Source: Methanomicrobia archaeon (GTDB taxonomy: Archaea; Halobacteriota; Syntropharchaeia; Alkanophagales; Methanospirareceae). Taken from it: a stretch of 64,000 bases of DNA. The notes under the pieces are model-generated. The model made no database searches and had not been told where the DNA came from. It worked only from the letters and a program-made list of their open reading frames with translations. The translations under genes were made by a program, and so were the position numbers. The stretch covers positions 1,260 through 65,259 of the forward strand of contig DSCO01000022.1 in assembly GCA_011049045.1 (NCBI GenBank), written 5' to 3'. Each line of letters begins with the position of its first letter. The first letter of the stretch is position 1. Positions 59,714 to 64,000 of the stretch are shown here, one piece after another.

Positions 59714-60031
59714 ATGAGAAGAATGAAGTTTGTAGTAAGGAAAGTGAAGGAGTGTTTGGTGAGGGAAGGTGTGGTTTTTAGTGTGAGAAAGTGGGGTGGT
59801 ATTGGAAAGTGTAGTGAAGTGATAGTTGAAGATGTGGGAGTTTGTGAGAAGAGATGTGTAAGGTGGATTGAGAGTAAGGAGGAGTTAAAGGAGTTTGTGG
59901 GGTTGAGTGGGTTGAGAAGTGTGGATGAATGGTGGAGGTGGTGTGAGAAGTTTGGATGTAATAAAGGTGGATGGTTGTGGGAAGTGAAGGTTGTGAAGAG
60001 AATGAAAGGGGGTTTGGAGTTATGGATGTGA
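59714..60031 (+). CDS. 105-aa W/C/K/E/V/G-rich protein encoded entirely without cytosine-containing codons
   Basis: ORF open for 106 codons in an A/G/T-only sequence (expected stop every ~10 codons); no A, P, T, H, Q, Y residues. Confidence 0.45.
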   Translation: MRRMKFVVRKVKECLVREGVVFSVRKWGGIGKCSEVIVEDVGVCEKRCVRWIESKEELKEFVGLSGLRSVDEWWRWCEKFGCNKGGWLWEVKVVKRMKGGLELWM

Positions 60032-60057
60032 AAAAGGTCCTGCGACGGTGGAGAATC

Positions 60058-60076
60058 CGACGGTGGGACCGTCGGA
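60058..60076 (+). terminator. hairpin CCGACGG-tggga-CCGTCGG just downstream of the C-free ORF
   Basis: 7-bp perfect stem; no oligo-T follows, so terminator role uncertain. Confidence 0.25.
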
Positions 60077-60362
60077 GGTTAATGATTCTGGAAGAGCTCC
60101 TGGGGGGAGTGAGGACCTGTGGAGGTGTGTAATATGATTTATGATCCCTGGCATAGGCCTGCAACCGGGATCGAATCCTGGAGGGATCACAGGAGGAATG
60201 AAATGAAAACCCGAGAACATTTCCCCACCCTGGACCCCTCAGTTCGTGAATACGTGCTGAGGGTAAATAAAGCCGACGAGATGCGTGGCGAACTCATCGG
60301 ACAGGCCTTGATCTTCGAGGCCGAGTTAAACGCCTGGATCGACAGAATGGAAAAACAGGAGG

Positions 60363-60845
60363 ATGCCGAAGATGGCTGCTGAAGATCTTGCAACGAAAGC
60401 GCAGATAAAGCGCCTGTACGCTGTCATTTACGCGACCCACAACGATCCGAAGGACTGGAAGAAAGAGAAGAACGTATCCTCCTTCGAGCGTTTGAGCCGC
60501 GCCCAGGTATCCGAATATATCGAGGAGCTCGAAGAGCTTGAGAATGAGCTCAAAGGGCGGAACCATCGGGAACTGAGCGAAGGCACGCAGCGCCAGGTAA
60601 CAACTACGCTCATCGATGCGGATGCTGAGCCCGCGGCTGAGCCGAAGACGGACCTCGTGGTGGCGGACCGCGAGCGCGAAATAGCGGACTTAGCGAGCAT
60701 AATGCGAGAATGCGCGCGCGCAGCACGCACAATCGTCGAGGACGAGCTCGCGAACGGTGGCGGGCTCACAGAGACCACCAAGGCGACCCTGATCGAGCGC
60801 TTCTCGGTGACGTTGTTCATCGAGGCGCGAAAGCGAGGTTTCTAA
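60363..60845 (+). CDS. hypothetical protein (virus-like region)
   Basis: 160 aa, acidic coiled-coil-like centre; adjacent to terminase fragment. Confidence 0.4.
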   Translation: MPKMAAEDLATKAQIKRLYAVIYATHNDPKDWKKEKNVSSFERLSRAQVSEYIEELEELENELKGRNHRELSEGTQRQVTTTLIDADAEPAAEPKTDLVVADREREIADLASIMRECARAARTIVEDELANGGGLTETTKATLIERFSVTLFIEARKRGF

Positions 60846-61021
60846 AGATGACCATCTGCGAGCGTGCAGAGAAGATCGAGAAGGAGTTAAACACGTTAAA
60901 TGCGCAAGGGATAACCTCAAAACTCATACAAGATCTTGGAGCCGCTCCTTTTGCAGTTATGGATTCTGAAGCCTTTAAGAGGTATCTGAGAGGAGAATTG
61001 GAAAGGGTGCTAATCAAGTAA

Positions 61022-61489
61022 GTGAAGAAAGTACAGTGCAGGCTTGCGCCGCAAGCTGGAACCGGCTCCGCGATCGACCGCAAGCGCAGAAAGGCAGCGC
61101 GCGCGAAATTTGCCGGAAATTTGGTGGCATTGGCGACGCCGCCCATCTCGCCGCACTCCCCGCGCCCGTGCGTTCGCAATCCTTCTGGCAACTTCGAGCT
61201 CGTGCTGCGTGAACGGCAACAGGCGGCTAAGGTCACCGTGCCCCACAAACTCGTCTGGCATAGCACGCCGAAGGTCGCCCGCATACAGGCGATCGAGCCC
61301 TATTATTCCAACGGGCAGCTGCTCTTCCTCGATACCTGGAACCGTGATTATCCCGAGCTCGTGGAGCAGCTGATCCCCTACCCGCTTGCAGCGCATGACG
61401 ACGGGCCTGATGCGCTCGCCGGCGCTATCGCGCTGATTCTTGCGAATGAGAAGGCGCAAAGGCAGGTGCTTATTCCGCGTGCGCGATAG
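61022..61489 (+). pseudogene. C-terminal fragment of phage terminase large subunit (psiM2 ORF9 / TIGR01630-type nuclease-domain end)
   Basis: ...EPYYSNGQLLF...YPELVEQLIPYPLAAHDDGPDALAGAI; no ATPase domain upstream. Confidence 0.5.
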
Positions 61490-62219
61490 CCCCTCTCGCT
61501 GTCGCGCTAACACTACCCGTTATTCCATCGCACGCTTTGAGTCTGTTCCGCGCGCGGCACTGCTGTCTGTCTCTGCCATGCCCACCGGCGCGCATTTCCG
61601 CCACCCGCCGCTTCATTTCCTCCGCTTTATCGCTTCGTCCTTCCACTTCACTGTTTCTTCCCCCGTAGTTCGCTTTCTCACAATCTTTATTCACAATTTG
61701 TAAGAGCCACCGCACACCCCAGATTGATTCCTGATCGCCCGTTTGACTTTGCGATTTAATAGCGGGTTTATTTGTTTACTGTATTTTTTCAATCGCCAAA
61801 ACATAGGTATTTAAGTACAAAATGCTTTCTAATAAATAAGAGAGGAAAAAAAGATGGAAATAAAAGCGATTGATAAGATGGTGGAAAAATCTTTAATAAC
61901 CTGTATAGATACGGGACTGTCAACTTGTTGGGGGTTGAAAATAGAACCATCAAAGTTAAACCGTGTATTGTGGAAATACGGTCTGATTTTCAAACTCAAT
62001 GACGGACTTGAAGACTTTTCAAAAGCAGAGACCTAGCGTGTAATATCTAATCCCTAGCCTAGTTCTAGGTATAGAAGCGCGATACGGGACACCGTTGTGG
62101 TGTCCCAAATTATGAGCGCTTACTCTTTGAGTCTATCCGAAGACATAGTGGCAGTATTAACAGCATTCATGTGAATAATTAATAAGAGTATTATACTTTT
62201 TTAAAGAGTCATCAGGGAA

Positions 62220-62408
62220 ATGAAACTGAGGAAGCTAATTACGGAACTTGAAACAGGTGGAGATTACGAACAGGCAAGGCAGGTAAGAGAAACATACCGA
62301 GGGAGCAAAAGAATGGTGGCACATTTGGGGATCTGGGAACTAATAACAGAGCTTGAAACAGGTGGAGATTACGAACAGGCAATTAAGGTACGAGAAGCAC
62401 GCAGATGA
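62220..62408 (+). CDS. 62-aa peptide with internal tandem repeat LITELETGGDYEQA x2
   Basis: ~90-bp DNA tandem duplication in AT-rich DNA. Confidence 0.25.
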   Translation: MKLRKLITELETGGDYEQARQVRETYRGSKRMVAHLGIWELITELETGGDYEQAIKVREARR

Positions 62409-62724
62409 ACAAATAATGGTAACAAATTCGTAAACATTTGACGAATGGGTATATAGTTATTACTTATTAAATCACCTATTCATTTTATGTTAACTACATT
62501 TTTCTTACATTTTATTTTCATACCACCGTCATCCACTACTTCATATATATCTTATACTCATTAACGAAGGGCTGATGTAGTGCTGCACAGTACCGAGTGT
62601 TTAAACAGCTTACTGCGCACGTGACACATTTGATTATGTGTGCATAATACGGGGGCGCAATCACCCCAGCTAGCGCATCCGGCCCGTCAATGAATGCCCC
62701 CCAAAAAATCGCTCAGAGAGATCT

Positions 62725-63066
62725 TCAATCGTTTTTTCGTTCGTATTCCATATCCCGCCCAGCCAGAACATGGGGTATTATTCCCGCTACCTGGTTTACT
62801 GACAGAATCGGGTATGTCTTAAACTTTATGTATGGTAAGTACTTCCAATTCTCCAGAGTGATCTCTTGTTCAGTCCCTTCACAGATGGCGTAACCGCCGA
62901 GTTCGCCACCAGCAAACATTCCCCAATCCAGAGTTATCCCCCGCTTTAAGTCCTCTTTGACCATGTTCACCATCATCGTCTGACTACGGATTTGCTCTTC
63001 AGGACTCTCAGACATTCTGGTCGTATCTATTTCCCAAATTGTTAGAAACTTTGCCATCTTTACCAC
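62725..63066 (-). CDS. hypothetical small alpha+beta protein
   Basis: 113-aa clean ORF; family not confidently recognised. Confidence 0.35.
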   Translation of the reverse strand: MVKMAKFLTIWEIDTTRMSESPEEQIRSQTMMVNMVKEDLKRGITLDWGMFAGGELGGYAICEGTEQEITLENWKYLPYIKFKTYPILSVNQVAGIIPHVLAGRDMEYERKND

Positions 63067-64000
63067 CTCCCTTTTTGGATTTTATCCACTACGTTGTAGA
63101 TAGGTAGGAGTCAAATAAAAACGTTATCCAAGTTTGGCGTCACCAAAACTTTTACGGATATAAAAGATGCATGTAGCGGCATGCTCTCAAATTTCTATGT
63201 TCCCTCACCACCTGTAAAAACGGTATAGTCAGTGTGCTGTACTGTTCGGAGCGATGTGCAGGTGGCGTAAATCCCGCCCACTCTTGCGCCGCATCATGTG
63301 GCATTCGCGGTGCCTAGCGATGCTCCGCTCTCGCCTCCGTGTGGCAGAGCTCGCGCACAACATCGTCTACGCGGTCGCACACGACGCGCTCGCCGGCGAG
63401 TTCGCGGTCTGCAACGGCCCGCCGGGGTGCACGCTCCGAAGCTGCGCTCAAGGCTCGCGCTGCTCGTGAAAAACGGCATGGCGAACGCATAACACCGTGC
63501 GGCGTTCGCTGCTTGCGGTAAGGCATCCGCGCGTGCAGCTCAGCCACCACTGCGCGCTTCACGTGTGAAGAAAAAAAGAGAAGAAACCTAACGTTTGTAT
63601 CCTGAACACAGCCCTCAACAATACCGCGGGTCGCTTGCCCGCGAAGGCGCTAAGGCGGTTCGTCTTTGCACGCATGCACGCATAGTAACACAGCCCGCCC
63701 AATTGTACACGGCGGCGCCGCGCCGTCAATATATCCGTCGGCACGTACTAACATTTGCCGAAACTTTTATAGAGAATGTTAACGAAGTATTGAGCACAAG
63801 CAGTTTAATGATGGGAAAATTTAGATAACGGGGAGGTAACCCAATGCCCAAGGAAACAACCCGGAAGGTTTCCCGCTCCAAACGGGAAAAGATGAATTAC
63901 ATCAGGTCCTTTCTTACCTTGGTTGGTACCTTTATAACTTGATGAGAAGGGCATGTCAAGGGGGTTGCGCATCGCCTGCCGCTCACGCAGGGCGTTCGCC

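Noticed and set aside
59685-60039. Treating the C-free stretch simply as low-complexity or simple-repeat DNA
   Set aside because: The sequence is not a short-period repeat. It also maintains a 106-codon open frame, which a random A/G/T sequence would do only about once in 1e5 tries. A sequencing or bisulfite-type artefact cannot be excluded from the sequence alone, and this is recorded under the finding.
1-64000. CRISPR arrays, rRNA genes, IS/transposase genes
   Set aside because: No regularly spaced short repeats, no rRNA-like conserved blocks, and no DDE or tyrosine/serine recombinase motifs were seen in any long ORF.

Overview
This is a 64-kb archaeal chromosome segment at roughly 58% GC, most likely from a methanogenic or Mcr-encoding euryarchaeon. 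The markers for that are A1AO ATPase A and B subunits, a Methanosarcinales/Methanomicrobiales-type coenzyme M cluster (fused ComDE, a ThrC-like cysteate synthase and a COG1900-ferredoxin protein), an Mcr component-A2-like double ABC ATPase, HypA/HypE with an Mrp-type HypB, a tungsten AOR, and a PstS carrying a PGF-CTERM anchor. Positions 1-46.9 kb look like core chromosome. They hold trxB plus a PDO-like gene, a radical SAM/SPASM gene, a futalosine-type mqn set, two NitT/TauT ABC transporters, an HD hydrolase, UDG4, atpAB, metG, ACT-hom, an sHSP, the CoM cluster, pstS-(phosphoesterase)-pstCAB-phoU, pit with a DUF47 regulator, Ham1, the hyp genes, AOR, a LivK-type SBP, glutaminyl cyclase, a HEAT-repeat protein, a class II aldolase and atwA. 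A tRNA-Glu(CUC) at about 47.03 kb opens a lower-GC mosaic accessory region running from 47.1 kb to the end of the window. It contains RHH, ClpX-type zinc-finger and wHTH genes with iteron-like repeats. It also contains several cassette-like modules, each headed by a paralogous ArsR-type gene with a conserved TATA and leader and joined by a 29-bp junction repeat. One module carries a catalytically degenerate RadB-like gene, a coiled-coil gene and a PolB-family gene in one operon. A 355-nt stretch with no cytosine on the sense strand, still coding as an intact 105-codon ORF, sits behind a polypurine tract in the same region. Beyond it lies a decayed provirus remnant, the C-terminal fragment of a psiM2-type terminase. 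I recognised no rRNA, CRISPR array, transposase or intact integrase. Coordinates I counted myself, rather than took from the ORF track, may be off by 1-2 nt.
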